Below, piece after piece: positions 40,907-50,878 of a stretch of DNA of 64,000 nt; positions within the stretch are counted from its first letter, which is position 1, and each line of letters opens with the position of its first letter. The stretch covers positions 10,732-74,731 of the forward strand of contig CAYVMC010000008.1 in the NCBI GenBank assembly GCA_964452495.1. Reading direction: 5' to 3'. A program made the translations under genes and the position numbers. This DNA comes from an uncultured Muribaculaceae bacterium. GTDB lineage: Bacteria; Cyanobacteriota; Vampirovibrionia; Gastranaerophilales; Gastranaerophilaceae. The notes below the pieces were generated by a model. It searched no databases, was not told the DNA's origin, and saw nothing but the letters and a program-made list of their open reading frames with translations.

Positions 40907-41506
40907 ATGAGTGAATACTATGTAGGATTATCATTAGGCGCCGCATCCTCTATAGAATCAGGAATAGCGGTAATGCAAGATAATGGAAGACTATGTCATG
41001 TTGACAAACTGTTTTCTATTAATGATGTTATGTTTTTCTTTGATAATTTTTCATCATTAAAACACTCCTGTATATTAGTTTCTCTTCCTTGGGATAATGC
41101 TATGCTTAATGGAAAATGGCGTGTGTTGTCTAAACCGTATCAGAAAATTCATGAAAATGAATTATTTTTAAATAAAGATAACTGGATGCAGCGTTTTTCT
41201 CCACGAGGGAGTGACTATTTTTATAAGCTTTTTGAGTCTGGGATTGATGTTAAAAGGTTTGAAATTTACCTTACTCGGCAGAAACTCAATCTTTATTCTA
41301 ATTATAAAGAACGAAGCCCAGCTGATTGCAAGTTTTTTCAATCTGCCCTAAAGGTGAATTATGGGTTTAGTAATATGCCGGGGAATATGATACCGGCGGC
41401 GCAACTGGAAGCAATAACCGGAGCTTTACTTGCCCGAGAGTATAAAAAGGGAAATACAAAAAGAATGTTCAAGTTTAACGGACTTGAAGTAATAAATCTT
41501 GTGTAG
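40907..41506 (+). CDS. hypothetical protein (199 aa), possibly an RNase H-like fold
   Basis: It starts 7 nt after motB. The N-terminal YYVGLSLGAASSIESGIAVM and C-terminal LEAITGALLA are reminiscent of DUF429-type RNase H-fold proteins. This assignment is weak. Confidence 0.55.
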   Translation: MSEYYVGLSLGAASSIESGIAVMQDNGRLCHVDKLFSINDVMFFFDNFSSLKHSCILVSLPWDNAMLNGKWRVLSKPYQKIHENELFLNKDNWMQRFSPRGSDYFYKLFESGIDVKRFEIYLTRQKLNLYSNYKERSPADCKFFQSALKVNYGFSNMPGNMIPAAQLEAITGALLAREYKKGNTKRMFKFNGLEVINLV

Positions 41507-41602
41507 TATTTGTAAATATTTGTTACAAATTTTTAAAAATAGGACAATTTTTTTTTATTACAAACGTTTAGATTACTGTTAGTGTTAAGAAAGGACATTT
41601 AT

Positions 41603-41806
41603 ATGACGCAAATTCAACCTATACCTGTATGCACTTGTCCTCAGTGCTGTATTCCGCAAACAAATAATTACAACGGGGTAAAAATTGATATAACAAATCC
41701 GGCGGTAAATCTTCCTCCACCTTTTACTACCTCTATTTATGATATTCCTCAAACGAGTATTTATAACCCTGAAAATAAAAATGAGGAAGTTGAAGAAATA
41801 AAATAA
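41603..41806 (+). CDS. hypothetical small Cys/Pro-rich protein (67 aa) with NYNGVKIDIxNP tag
   Basis: AAGAAAGGA SD before ATG 41603. It contains a CTCPQCC cluster followed by NYNGVKIDITNPAVNLPPP. Confidence 0.55.
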   Translation: MTQIQPIPVCTCPQCCIPQTNNYNGVKIDITNPAVNLPPPFTTSIYDIPQTSIYNPENKNEEVEEIK

Positions 41807-41891
41807 ATGTAAATTTTCTGAAATTATAAGGCAATTTTTAATGTGTATTATTTTTTATAATAATATACTATGAAAGTGAAAGGTTAAAAAA

Positions 41892-43148
41892 ATGGCAGGA
41901 ATAGAGTCAATTGGCAAAAATACTTACGTTACAAATCAAAATTATAACGGAGTAAAAATAGATATCCACAATCCGGTTGTTAGTGTTCCACCGCAAAATA
42001 CTACACCGCAGCAGGTTACACCTGTAAAGATTTATAAATATGAGGAGACACAAATTCCGGCAGAATATTTTCCGACAATGATTAAGTCGAAAAAGAAACC
42101 TTCACAGACCGTCACTAATCTGCCGGAGCCAAAACCAGCGGTTGAATTACCTGCATCTGTATTGAATAAAAAAACAGTTTCTGTACCGGAACCGGTTTTT
42201 ATAGAGGAACCTAAAACAGAAGATACGCAGGTTGTATTTGAAGAAGAAAAAAACGAAGATGCCGCATCCTGTCCTACACCTGCGCAAGATGAAAATTCTG
42301 ATACGGCTGCAGTTCAGTCAGAAGAAACTTCTTCTATAAATGTTGAGCAACAATTAGAAACTCCGGTGCAAAAAATTGCCGATCCGGATGAAACAGAAGA
42401 ACGTCAGGTATCTAAAATTGAGATAGTACCTCCGGGAGATTCTTTACCGGTCGTTGATTATATAAGAATTGCTGAAAACTTAGACTCTCAAAACTATGAT
42501 ATTCAAGCTCTTCAGTTAAAAGAAATAGTTGATGCAATTGCTGACAAAAGTCCTAAAGAAGCAAGAGCGTATATTGTTGAACCGATGTTTCATAATATTA
42601 TAGATATTGTAAATAAAGATACCTCAACTCTGGCAGGTCCTACTGATGCTCAAGAGCAAATAAGGGCGCAAATAATGGAAAATTTTGTGGCTTATGAACA
42701 ACAAAAGCAGGCGAATGTTTCTGATGATAAAATAGTCCTCCCTCATATGATTTCAGAAGAAGATAATAATTATGCAAATCAATTATCTCCTCTTGAATTA
42801 GCAGAACGTAATAAAGGATACGCGATTGCAACACTTGCATTACTTACAGATAAATTTTTGAAACGTGTACAGGATGAATCAGGTATGATTGTGCCAATCA
42901 CTGATGTACCTGGACTTTCAGCTATTGTAAATGCTCTTAACAGCAGTAATTACACAATCAGACTAAATGCACTTGATGCATTAATATTCTTACAAAGAGG
43001 TGATTTTGCTAAAGTTCTGGCTCCTATCTATGAGGCTCTGGCAAATACTGATCCAGATGAAACTGTTAGAATGGCGGCTCAATATGCCCTTGATAATCTG
43101 AATGCAAAGAACCTTCAAGATGAAATCCAGCAGCAACAGGCTGCTTAA
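41892..43148 (+). CDS. hypothetical acidic protein (418 aa) with NYNGVKIDIxNP tag and C-terminal HEAT-like repeats
   Basis: GAAAGG SD. It has N-terminal NYNGVKIDIHNPVVSVPPQ, a Pro/Glu-rich linker, and C-terminal IRLNALDALIFL...DETVRMAAQYALDNL (HEAT/PBS-lyase-like). Confidence 0.65.
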   Translation: MAGIESIGKNTYVTNQNYNGVKIDIHNPVVSVPPQNTTPQQVTPVKIYKYEETQIPAEYFPTMIKSKKKPSQTVTNLPEPKPAVELPASVLNKKTVSVPEPVFIEEPKTEDTQVVFEEEKNEDAASCPTPAQDENSDTAAVQSEETSSINVEQQLETPVQKIADPDETEERQVSKIEIVPPGDSLPVVDYIRIAENLDSQNYDIQALQLKEIVDAIADKSPKEARAYIVEPMFHNIIDIVNKDTSTLAGPTDAQEQIRAQIMENFVAYEQQKQANVSDDKIVLPHMISEEDNNYANQLSPLELAERNKGYAIATLALLTDKFLKRVQDESGMIVPITDVPGLSAIVNALNSSNYTIRLNALDALIFLQRGDFAKVLAPIYEALANTDPDETVRMAAQYALDNLNAKNLQDEIQQQQAA

Positions 43149-43360
43149 TGTTGGTAAAAAAAAGAGCCTTTCGACTCTTGGAATTAAGAATAGTTGGAAG
43201 TATGAAAAAGATTTAACTATATTAAAAACTATTTACAAATTATATACAATACTCCAACAGGCTATATTTTTTTTCAGGACTCCTCTAAACATCTTGTAAT
43301 CGTTTTTTTTTTGTTGTACGTTACTCATGTACGGTTTTAATTTTTAGAAGGAGACTCGAC

Positions 43361-44317
43361 ATGAGCGAAAGAAAACTGGTAGGAACAGAGGAAATGTTCA
43401 AAAAAGCACTTGCTGGAAAGTATGCAATAGGTGCTTACAATGTTAACAATATGGAAATTTTGCAAGGTATTGCTGAAGCAGCGGATGAAACACGTTCACC
43501 AATCATTCTTCAGGTATCTGCAGGGGCAAGAAAATATGCTAACCAAACATATTTAATCAAGTTAGTTCAAGCGGCATTAGAAACAACAACAGTACCTATC
43601 GCACTACACTTAGATCATGGTGCTGATTTTGATATTTGTAAAGCTTGTATTGATGGCGGTTTTTCATCTGTTATGATTGATGGCAGCCGTTTCCCGCTTG
43701 AAGAAAATATTGCATTAACAAAACAGGTTGTTGAATATGCACATCAAAGAGGGGTTTCAGTAGAAGCTGAACTAGGTAAATTAGCAGGTGTTGAAGATGA
43801 TGTTAAGGTTGACAAAAAACACGCAACATACACTGATCCTGAAGAAGCTGCAAGATTTGTTAAAGAAACAGGTTGTGATTCTTTGGCAATTGCTATCGGG
43901 ACTTCTCACGGTGCTTACAAATTCAAAGGTGAAGCAAAATTAGACTTTGAAAGACTTGCAGAATGTAAAGCAGCAATTAATGCTGTTACTGGTTATGATT
44001 TTCCGATTGTACTTCACGGTTCTTCATCAGTTCCAAAGTACCTCGTTGACAAGTGTAACCAATATGGCGGCAACCTTCCTGATGCTCAGGGGGTTCCTGA
44101 AGAAATGCTTGCTTACGCTGCAAAAAATGGTGTTGCAAAAATTAACATTGATACTGACTTAAGACTTGCAATGACTTCTACAATAAGAGAATTCTTTGTA
44201 GAACATCCTGACAAGTTTGACCCGCGTGAATACATGGGTCCTGGCAGAACTGCGGTTAAAGAACTTGTTAAACACAAAATGCAAGTATTAGGAACTGCAG
44301 GTCATGCAGATGACTAG
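43361..44317 (+). CDS. fba: class II fructose-1,6-bisphosphate aldolase
   Basis: 318 aa with LHLDHG, GTSHGAYKF and LHGSSSVP motifs, and a GGAG SD. Confidence 0.9.
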   Translation: MSERKLVGTEEMFKKALAGKYAIGAYNVNNMEILQGIAEAADETRSPIILQVSAGARKYANQTYLIKLVQAALETTTVPIALHLDHGADFDICKACIDGGFSSVMIDGSRFPLEENIALTKQVVEYAHQRGVSVEAELGKLAGVEDDVKVDKKHATYTDPEEAARFVKETGCDSLAIAIGTSHGAYKFKGEAKLDFERLAECKAAINAVTGYDFPIVLHGSSSVPKYLVDKCNQYGGNLPDAQGVPEEMLAYAAKNGVAKINIDTDLRLAMTSTIREFFVEHPDKFDPREYMGPGRTAVKELVKHKMQVLGTAGHADD

Positions 44318-44343
44318 TAAAATGTAAAAATTTTAGTATAACT

Positions 44344-44384
44344 AAAAAGTCTCTGTTATAAAATATTTAGCAGAGACTTTTAGT
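44344..44384. terminator. bidirectional terminator between fba and the convergent def operon
   Basis: Stem aaagtctctg/cagagacttt is flanked by A- and T-runs. Confidence 0.65.
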
Positions 44385-44415
44385 TTTAGAAATATAACTG
44401 ATATTGAACTCTTTT

Positions 44416-44799
44416 TTACAAAACAGTTTCAAGATAAGCTTGCGGAAATTTTGATGCAGTAGTTTTTGTGATGTATCTTACATTAAGACTTTCTGCTATT
44501 AATCTTATGTTGTAAGTTGCAGAAATGATTACAATTCGGGTTTTATTATATTGTTCTAATTTCTGAATCATCTCAACAAACCATTCTCCCGCATATTTAG
44601 GCAAAAAATCTTCTTCCATTTGTAAATCAGTAATAATTAAATCAAATGGTTCATTTATATTATTGTATATAATATCATAGCCTTCACGTGCAGAAGAAGC
44701 TGTTTGAAATTCGGCTTTTCCACCTAGTAATTCATTCAAAATAAGTATATGTTGATCTCTCCAGCCCTTTACATCATCTACTACAAGAATTTTTTTCAT
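44416..44799 (-). CDS. stand-alone response-regulator receiver domain protein
   Basis: 127 aa with the acidic pocket VVDD, phospho-acceptor context IITDLQM, and a conserved SAT and Lys. The start overlaps the aroH stop by 4 nt. Confidence 0.8.
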   Translation of the reverse strand: MKKILVVDDVKGWRDQHILILNELLGGKAEFQTASSAREGYDIIYNNINEPFDLIITDLQMEEDFLPKYAGEWFVEMIQKLEQYNKTRIVIISATYNIRLIAESLNVRYITKTTASKFPQAYLETVL

Positions 44800-45146
44800 T
44801 TTCTTAGCCCGTCTGCACCTTTCAAATAGACAAATTCAGGGACAAAATTGTCACCGCAGTTTACAACAATCATTACACGGATGCATTTTGGAAGTGCATT
44901 TTTTACTTTAAGCTCATTATAACACATCATTGGAATATCTTTCCAGTGTAAATCAACCCTTGCAAATTTTGCGGGAAAAGCTGCATTAAGGTCATCTGTC
45001 ATTGTGAATATTACATGTGAAATCATATCCAAATCCAGATTATTTTTTATTACCATTTCTGATAGAAGTTCTATGGTTGCATTCTTTATTTCTTCTTCCG
45101 TATTTTTTTCAACGGTTATAGCTCCTCTTATTCCGCGGGTTATCAT
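44796..45146 (-). CDS. aroH: chorismate mutase, AroH class
   Basis: 116 aa with MITRGIRGAITVEKNTEEEI...FTMTDDLNAAFPAKFAR, the canonical AroH N-terminal pattern. Confidence 0.85.
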   Translation of the reverse strand: MITRGIRGAITVEKNTEEEIKNATIELLSEMVIKNNLDLDMISHVIFTMTDDLNAAFPAKFARVDLHWKDIPMMCYNELKVKNALPKCIRVMIVVNCGDNFVPEFVYLKGADGLRK

Positions 45147-46078
45147 TTGCTAAGTACTCCTTTACTGGTAATTCCATTGTACCAGTCACGTGCCGGCATT
45201 TCACCTTTACTTTCTGGCTTTACAGTTATTACTCTTAAGATTCCATCCCCTGTAGCAAAATCTACACCGGCTTTGCTGGCATTAATTATTTCCCCAGGGT
45301 TGGAAGATGGGGTCTCATTGATTACAATTGATTTCATAACTTTTATTATTTTATTGTTAAAGCAGAAATATGCACCGGGAGATTTATAAATTCCACGTAT
45401 AAGGTTGTGTATTTCCCGTGCACTTTTAGTCCAATCAATTTTGAACTCTTCACTGGTTAGTTTATTAGCAAAACATATCCCGTCCTCACATTGTTTAACT
45501 GGTTTCAATGTTCCGTTATAAATTCCTTTGAGAGTTTGAGCAACAAGTTCGGGGGATTTATCAGAAATAATTTGATATAAATCCTCGCAGGTCATGTCTT
45601 CAGGTATGTCAATAGGGTATGAAATACAGATATCCCCGCAATCAAGTCCCAATTCTGTAATCATAGTACAAATTCCTGTTTGTTTATCGCCATTAATTAA
45701 ACATCTTTGTATAGGATTTGCTCCACGGTAACGCGGGAGGAGTGAAGCGTGAAGATTTATTGTCTCAAATCTTGGCATATCAAGGATTTCTTGCGGTAAA
45801 ATTTGCCCGAAGGCAAAAGTTACAAAAAAATCAGCATTCAGTTTCTTTATTTGTGCCTGAATATCTGTTTCTTTTCTTATTGATTTAGGTTGAAATACCG
45901 GTATATCAAGTTCCTGTGCAACTTTTTTTATTGGAGGCGGGGTTATTTTGTTGCCACGTCCTGCGGGCTTATCAGGTTGTGTCACTACGCCTAAAACTTC
46001 AAATTCATTAGATGAATTAAGATATTCAAGAGTTTTTACTCCTATATCAGGAGTTCCCCAGAAAACAACCTTAATCAT
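45143..46078 (-). CDS. fmt: methionyl-tRNA formyltransferase
   Basis: 311 aa with IKVVFWGTPD, HASLLPRYRGANPIQ, and a C-terminal tRNA-binding domain. It overlaps def by 8 nt. Confidence 0.9.
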   Translation of the reverse strand: MIKVVFWGTPDIGVKTLEYLNSSNEFEVLGVVTQPDKPAGRGNKITPPPIKKVAQELDIPVFQPKSIRKETDIQAQIKKLNADFFVTFAFGQILPQEILDMPRFETINLHASLLPRYRGANPIQRCLINGDKQTGICTMITELGLDCGDICISYPIDIPEDMTCEDLYQIISDKSPELVAQTLKGIYNGTLKPVKQCEDGICFANKLTSEEFKIDWTKSAREIHNLIRGIYKSPGAYFCFNNKIIKVMKSIVINETPSSNPGEIINASKAGVDFATGDGILRVITVKPESKGEMPARDWYNGITSKGVLSK

Positions 46079-46658
46079 GTTCTTGCCCTTTTTCAGACTG
46101 TTCTTTCAGGATTTTATCAAGTTCAGGTTCCGATAACAATTTGTCCACATCAACAGGAGGCAGATTATATTTGCTTAAAACTTCATCCGCTTCAAATCTG
46201 TTAATGGAGTGGTCTATAAACAGTATCCCGTCGAGGTGGTCAAACTCGTGTTGTATAGCTCTTGCAAGAAGTACACCATCTTTAACTTCCATAACAAACG
46301 GCCGCCCATGAATATCGGTTGCTTTAACCATAATATTTGCATACCTTCTAACATCGGTATATGCTTCAGGAAAGCTCAAACACCCTTCATGACTTTTACA
46401 AGCACCTGATTTTTTGATAATTTTAGGATTTATAAATGTAATCGGGTTTAGTGGCTCATCACCGGTGGAGCAATCGACCACAAAAATTCTCAAGTTTTCA
46501 CCGATTTGTGGTGCTGCAAGCCCTACACCGTTATTTGCATACATTGTGTCATATAAATCTGCAACAATTGCTTTTACTTTTGCCGAAACTTTATGTACCT
46601 CTTTTGACGGAACTCTTAGAGACGGCTCTCCATACCTTAAAATCTTTTTAATTGCCAT
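46071..46658 (-). CDS. def: peptide deformylase
   Basis: Motifs GVGLAAPQIG, EGCLSFP and QHEFDHLDG. It has a roughly 30-aa acidic C-terminal extension. Confidence 0.9.
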   Translation of the reverse strand: MAIKKILRYGEPSLRVPSKEVHKVSAKVKAIVADLYDTMYANNGVGLAAPQIGENLRIFVVDCSTGDEPLNPITFINPKIIKKSGACKSHEGCLSFPEAYTDVRRYANIMVKATDIHGRPFVMEVKDGVLLARAIQHEFDHLDGILFIDHSINRFEADEVLSKYNLPPVDVDKLLSEPELDKILKEQSEKGQEHD

Positions 46659-46847
46659 ATTTTTACCTCTTAAATTTATTATAGCATAAAGAAGGAAGGT
46701 AAGATATAAAGGAACAGTATTCCTAAATTAAGTATCTATATTATCTAATATCAATTCTTCAAAAAAATAGAAGTTAGTATATGTATTATCTTTTGTTTAT
46801 GAGTTCAAAACTATTGAAAACTGTTTTGTTTGGGGTATTATTTAAGT

Positions 46848-47240
46848 ATGAAAGTCCCAAAATTCCAATCACAAAGTAATTTTAAAAGTGTATCATCAAA
46901 CTTAGTAGATAATAGTAAAAAATGTAATTTTTCTTTTAAATCATCGAAAAATTCATTTACGGATAATTTTTCAACCAAGATAAAAAACTCTGCAGATTTA
47001 AATGATTGTGTATCTGTTCCAAGAAGTGTTTTTAAGGGGTATCTTGCTTTTATGCTGGGGACATCAGCCTTAACTATTGGAACCTTTATACCTCAGAAAG
47101 CTAATAAAGTTAAAACCGGCTTGATGGTAGCAGGTAATCTTGTGAATCTTTTTGGTATATGGAGTTTTGTAAGACCTTATATTATAAAAGATGCTGCACC
47201 TACAGTTAAAGGTTCGGCGATACTTAATACAGCGTTATAG
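46848..47240 (+). CDS. hypothetical small membrane protein (130 aa)
   Basis: The N-terminal half is polar Ser/Asn/Lys-rich with NFKS/FSFKSS motifs, followed by two C-terminal TM helices. I prefer ATG 46848 over TTG 46830. The SD is weak. Confidence 0.5.
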   Translation: MKVPKFQSQSNFKSVSSNLVDNSKKCNFSFKSSKNSFTDNFSTKIKNSADLNDCVSVPRSVFKGYLAFMLGTSALTIGTFIPQKANKVKTGLMVAGNLVNLFGIWSFVRPYIIKDAAPTVKGSAILNTAL

Positions 47241-47295
47241 ATTTTATCTTTTCTCAATTTCTGATGCAGGTATATCATTCTCAGAATTTTATAAA

Positions 47296-47994
47296 TTATA
47301 GATAATCAGAAAGAATATTTTTAACATAGTTTTGCGTTTCTTTATATGGTGGAACGCCGGAATACTTATCTACGGCACCAGGACCGGCATTATATGCCGC
47401 AAGTGCAAGAATTATATTTCCATTATACCTATCAAGCATTGACTTTAAGTATTTTACCCCGCCTTCTACATTCTGAACAGGATTCAAAGGATCAGTTACA
47501 CCTAAACCTTTTGCTGTAGAGGGCATTAACTGCATAAGTCCAAGCGCTCCGGCATGTGATTTTGCATTAGGATTAAATCCAGATTCCTGCTTTATCAAAG
47601 CTTTTACCAGTTTATCGTCTACTCCATGTTTTTTGGCAACACTTGTAACCAGATTTAAAATCTGGTTTTTACTTGGTGTATCACTATTTACTGCAATGTT
47701 GTAATCATTATTTGCTGCTTCAACTTTCTGTGCATTAACGTTTAGTGCTTTACCGGTAAGAAGAGAACCGAACGGTGTTTTGGCACTTGTCTTTAAAACA
47801 TTATCAAAGCTCGGTCCATCGTATGGTTTAACTCCATCTAGTCCATTTACCGCCTGCTGCTGTATTCCTCCGGTGTTTTCTGCTTTTATCTGTTTATTGA
47901 AATTGTCAACATAACGGTTAAGTTCTACATACCGTTGTGCAGCCTGAGTTTGACCGCCTGATGATAATAAGTTTTGAATCATTGATGAAAACAT
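47296..47994 (-). CDS. lytic transglycosylase (SLT domain)
   Basis: The C-terminal domain has [26 protein letters not shown] and [10 protein letters not shown], which is the catalytic Glu context of family-1 LTs. Confidence 0.8.
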   Translation of the reverse strand: MFSSMIQNLLSSGGQTQAAQRYVELNRYVDNFNKQIKAENTGGIQQQAVNGLDGVKPYDGPSFDNVLKTSAKTPFGSLLTGKALNVNAQKVEAANNDYNIAVNSDTPSKNQILNLVTSVAKKHGVDDKLVKALIKQESGFNPNAKSHAGALGLMQLMPSTAKGLGVTDPLNPVQNVEGGVKYLKSMLDRYNGNIILALAAYNAGPGAVDKYSGVPPYKETQNYVKNILSDYL

Positions 47995-48155
47995 TTTTAG
48001 TTCCTTCCCGTTTTCTATTACGGAAGTTTTGTTATACTCTTTAACGATTTTTTATAAAATCCACTATATGTATTACTTAACGTTTATCTTAAAAAAGTCA
48101 AAATTGACCTGTGTGGTTTATTTTTTCCAGTTTAATTCGTGGTATCATTATTTAT

Positions 48156-48995
48156 ATGGATAATTTTATTTCCAAAATTGAGAGTAGACTTGTTGATTTT
48201 ACATTGGCGCAAAAGCCTTTAAAAACAGCTCTTGATAGGTTAATTCTTACAAATGCAAAACGCATAAGACCGCGGCTAGCCTGGCTTGTAATAAAATCTT
48301 TTGGAGAAGATTTTAATGCGGCACAGGAGGAGCTTATCGCTGCAGGTGAAATTTTACATACGGCTTCACTTATCCATGACGATATTGTAGATAATTCATC
48401 TGAAAGACGAGGTTTGCAAACTCTAAATACAATGTATGATTCAAGGCTGGCTGTTCTTGCCGGCGATTTTCTTGCAAGCTATGGCATGAAAAAAATTATT
48501 GCATTAAATAATATTGAAATAATAAATATTTTTCAGTACGCATTTGAATTAATGTGCCGTGCAGAAATTTTACAGTACTTTACAAACAACAGGTGTCTTG
48601 ACCTTGAGGAGTATCTTAAAAAATCATCAGGAAAAACAGCATCCCTTTTTGGTGCAATATTAAAAGGGGTGGCTATTCTTTCTAAAAATATAGATAAAAA
48701 TGCAGTTTATGAATTAGGGCTGTCATACGGGATAGCGTTTCAAATAAAAAATGATTTGGATGCGTTTATAAATACACCAGAACGAGATAAGCGAAACGGT
48801 ATTTATACCGCTCCGAGTATTTATTGTTTTAATGGATACAATTTAGATTCTGCGATTGAAAAAACAAATGGTTTAATAGATAATGAAATAGAAAAAATGC
48901 TTAAACTTATAAGTGATTTTCCTGATGAAACTTATAAAAATCGTTTAACAAAAATGATTGAGGAGAGTTTATGCCGGACGATAACAAACAGGTAA
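48156..48995 (+). CDS. polyprenyl diphosphate synthase family protein
   Basis: The first Asp-rich motif LIHDDIVDNSSERRG is intact. The second motif reads KNDLD rather than DDxxD. I prefer ATG 48156 over the track start 48111. Confidence 0.75.
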   Translation: MDNFISKIESRLVDFTLAQKPLKTALDRLILTNAKRIRPRLAWLVIKSFGEDFNAAQEELIAAGEILHTASLIHDDIVDNSSERRGLQTLNTMYDSRLAVLAGDFLASYGMKKIIALNNIEIINIFQYAFELMCRAEILQYFTNNRCLDLEEYLKKSSGKTASLFGAILKGVAILSKNIDKNAVYELGLSYGIAFQIKNDLDAFINTPERDKRNGIYTAPSIYCFNGYNLDSAIEKTNGLIDNEIEKMLKLISDFPDETYKNRLTKMIEESLCRTITNR

Positions 48996-49585
48996 AGAGT
49001 TTTATAGTTGATACAGTAGAAACGATTGCTTTTGTTATTGTCGCAGTAATAATAATTCGTTTTTTCATAGGTGAGATACGATGGATTCCTTCTGGGTCTA
49101 TGCACCCAACACTGTTAGAGGGGGATAGAATTTTTGTGGAAAGATTTACACGCTTTTATTCTTCACCGAAACGCGGCGATATTATGATTTTTTATCCGCC
49201 GTTTGTAGAGTTGGATAATTCGTTTGGCGGTGTATTCAGGAGATTGAGCGGTTTTTTCTGTAAGGATATTGCTTATATCAAAAGAGTTGTCGGGTTACCG
49301 GGAGATAAAGTAGAAATAAAAGAATTTCCTGATGGCTCATCTTTTGTTTTCATTAATGACAAGCAATTTAATGAGCCATATATAAAAAGCAAATTTGATT
49401 ATATAAAATGCAATGAAAAAATGTACTGTGGACCTTTTGTTGTTCCGGAAGGGCAGTATTTTATGATGGGTGATAACAGAGGAAACTCACAGGACAGTCG
49501 TTTCTGGGGATTTCTTCCGGAAGAAAGGTTTATTGGTAAAGCAGTATTTTTATTCTGGCCACCATTGAGAATGAAAAATCTTTAG
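48971..49585 (+). CDS. lepB: signal peptidase I
   Basis: It has a TM anchor, the catalytic Ser motif PSGSMHPTL, the Lys box YIKRVVGLPGD, and GDNRGNSQDSR. Confidence 0.9.
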   Translation: MPDDNKQVKSFIVDTVETIAFVIVAVIIIRFFIGEIRWIPSGSMHPTLLEGDRIFVERFTRFYSSPKRGDIMIFYPPFVELDNSFGGVFRRLSGFFCKDIAYIKRVVGLPGDKVEIKEFPDGSSFVFINDKQFNEPYIKSKFDYIKCNEKMYCGPFVVPEGQYFMMGDNRGNSQDSRFWGFLPEERFIGKAVFLFWPPLRMKNL

Positions 49586-49607
49586 TAGAAAGAAAGGAGA
49601 ATTTGTT

Positions 49608-50807
49608 ATGTGGGAAAAGGATTTTAATGTAAACCAAATTTCTGAAGTCAGAACACGTACTTCTGTATTCTTTGGTGCAGGAGCTATTCAACGTATTGAT
49701 TTTATTGCCGAACAGTTGAAGGTTAAAGGATACGATAAAGTTATAGTAATGAGCGGAAGAAATGCATATAAATCAACAGGAGCCTGGGATTATGTTGAAA
49801 AAGCCCTTATTAAGCATGGTATCGGATACATTAATTATAATAAAGTAACGCCTAATCCTACAACGATTTCTGTTAATGAAGCTGTAAAAGAAGCAAAGGA
49901 GTTTGGTGCCAAAGCCGTAATTTCTATAGGCGGCGGTTCTCCAACTGATGCGGGTAAATCTGTAGCTATTCTTCTTGAATATCCGGACAAAACTTGTGAT
50001 GATTTATACGAGTTCAAATTTGTACCCTCAAAAGCAGCTCCTATTATAGCTATTAACCTTACTCACGGAACAGGTTCTGAAACTAACAGGTTTGCTGTAG
50101 TTACTATTCCTGATAAAAATTATAAACCTGCTATTGCCTATGATTGTATTTATCCGATGTATGCAATTGATGACCCTGAACTTATGACAAAGCTGTCACC
50201 TAAACAAACAAGATATGTTTCTATAGATGCAATTAATCATGTGGTTGAAGCGTCTACATCAAAGGTTGCATCACCGTATACAGTTACACTTGCAAGGGAA
50301 GTTATTACTCTTGTAGCAAAATATCTTCCAGTTGTAATTGATAAACCTGAAGATATAGAAGCAAGGTACTATCTGACTTATGCTGCTATGATGGCAGGTG
50401 TTTGTTTTGATAACGGTTTACTGCATTATACTCATGCTCTGGAACACCCTTTAAGTGCGGTTAAACCTGAATTATCACATGGTTTAGGGCTAGCAATGCT
50501 CTTACCCTCCGTCGTAAAAAATATCTATCCAGCAAAACCGGAGGTGCTTGCTTATATTCTTGAACCGATTGTTGCCGGTCTTACAGGAGATGCTTCAGAG
50601 GCACAAAAAGCAGCAGATGGTATTTATTCTTGGTTATCTTCCGTAGGGGTTTCAGAAAAACTTTCGTCAGAAGGTTTTTCTGAAAGCGATGTTGATAATC
50701 TTGTTAATCTTGCGTTTACAACTCCATCACTTGACGGGCTTCTTGCAATTGCACCGACTCAGGCTACTAAAGAATCGGTTGCTGAAATTTATAGAACGTC
50801 GCTGTAG
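49608..50807 (+). CDS. iron-containing (group III) alcohol dehydrogenase
   Basis: 399 aa with the GGGSPTDAGK nucleotide-binding motif, His-rich metal site contexts (HVVEA, HALEHPLS), and a GGAG SD. Confidence 0.85.
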   Translation: MWEKDFNVNQISEVRTRTSVFFGAGAIQRIDFIAEQLKVKGYDKVIVMSGRNAYKSTGAWDYVEKALIKHGIGYINYNKVTPNPTTISVNEAVKEAKEFGAKAVISIGGGSPTDAGKSVAILLEYPDKTCDDLYEFKFVPSKAAPIIAINLTHGTGSETNRFAVVTIPDKNYKPAIAYDCIYPMYAIDDPELMTKLSPKQTRYVSIDAINHVVEASTSKVASPYTVTLAREVITLVAKYLPVVIDKPEDIEARYYLTYAAMMAGVCFDNGLLHYTHALEHPLSAVKPELSHGLGLAMLLPSVVKNIYPAKPEVLAYILEPIVAGLTGDASEAQKAADGIYSWLSSVGVSEKLSSEGFSESDVDNLVNLAFTTPSLDGLLAIAPTQATKESVAEIYRTSL

Positions 50808-50825
50808 AATGCTAAAAACAAATAA

Positions 50826-50858
50826 AAAAGTGGCAGATTATTCTGTCACTTTTTTATT
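50826..50858 (+). terminator. intrinsic terminator after the alcohol dehydrogenase gene
   Basis: Stem aagtggcaga/tctgtcactt (one G-U pair) followed by tttttatttttt. Confidence 0.6.
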
Positions 50859-50878
50859 TTTTGGTGTATGATATTCTT

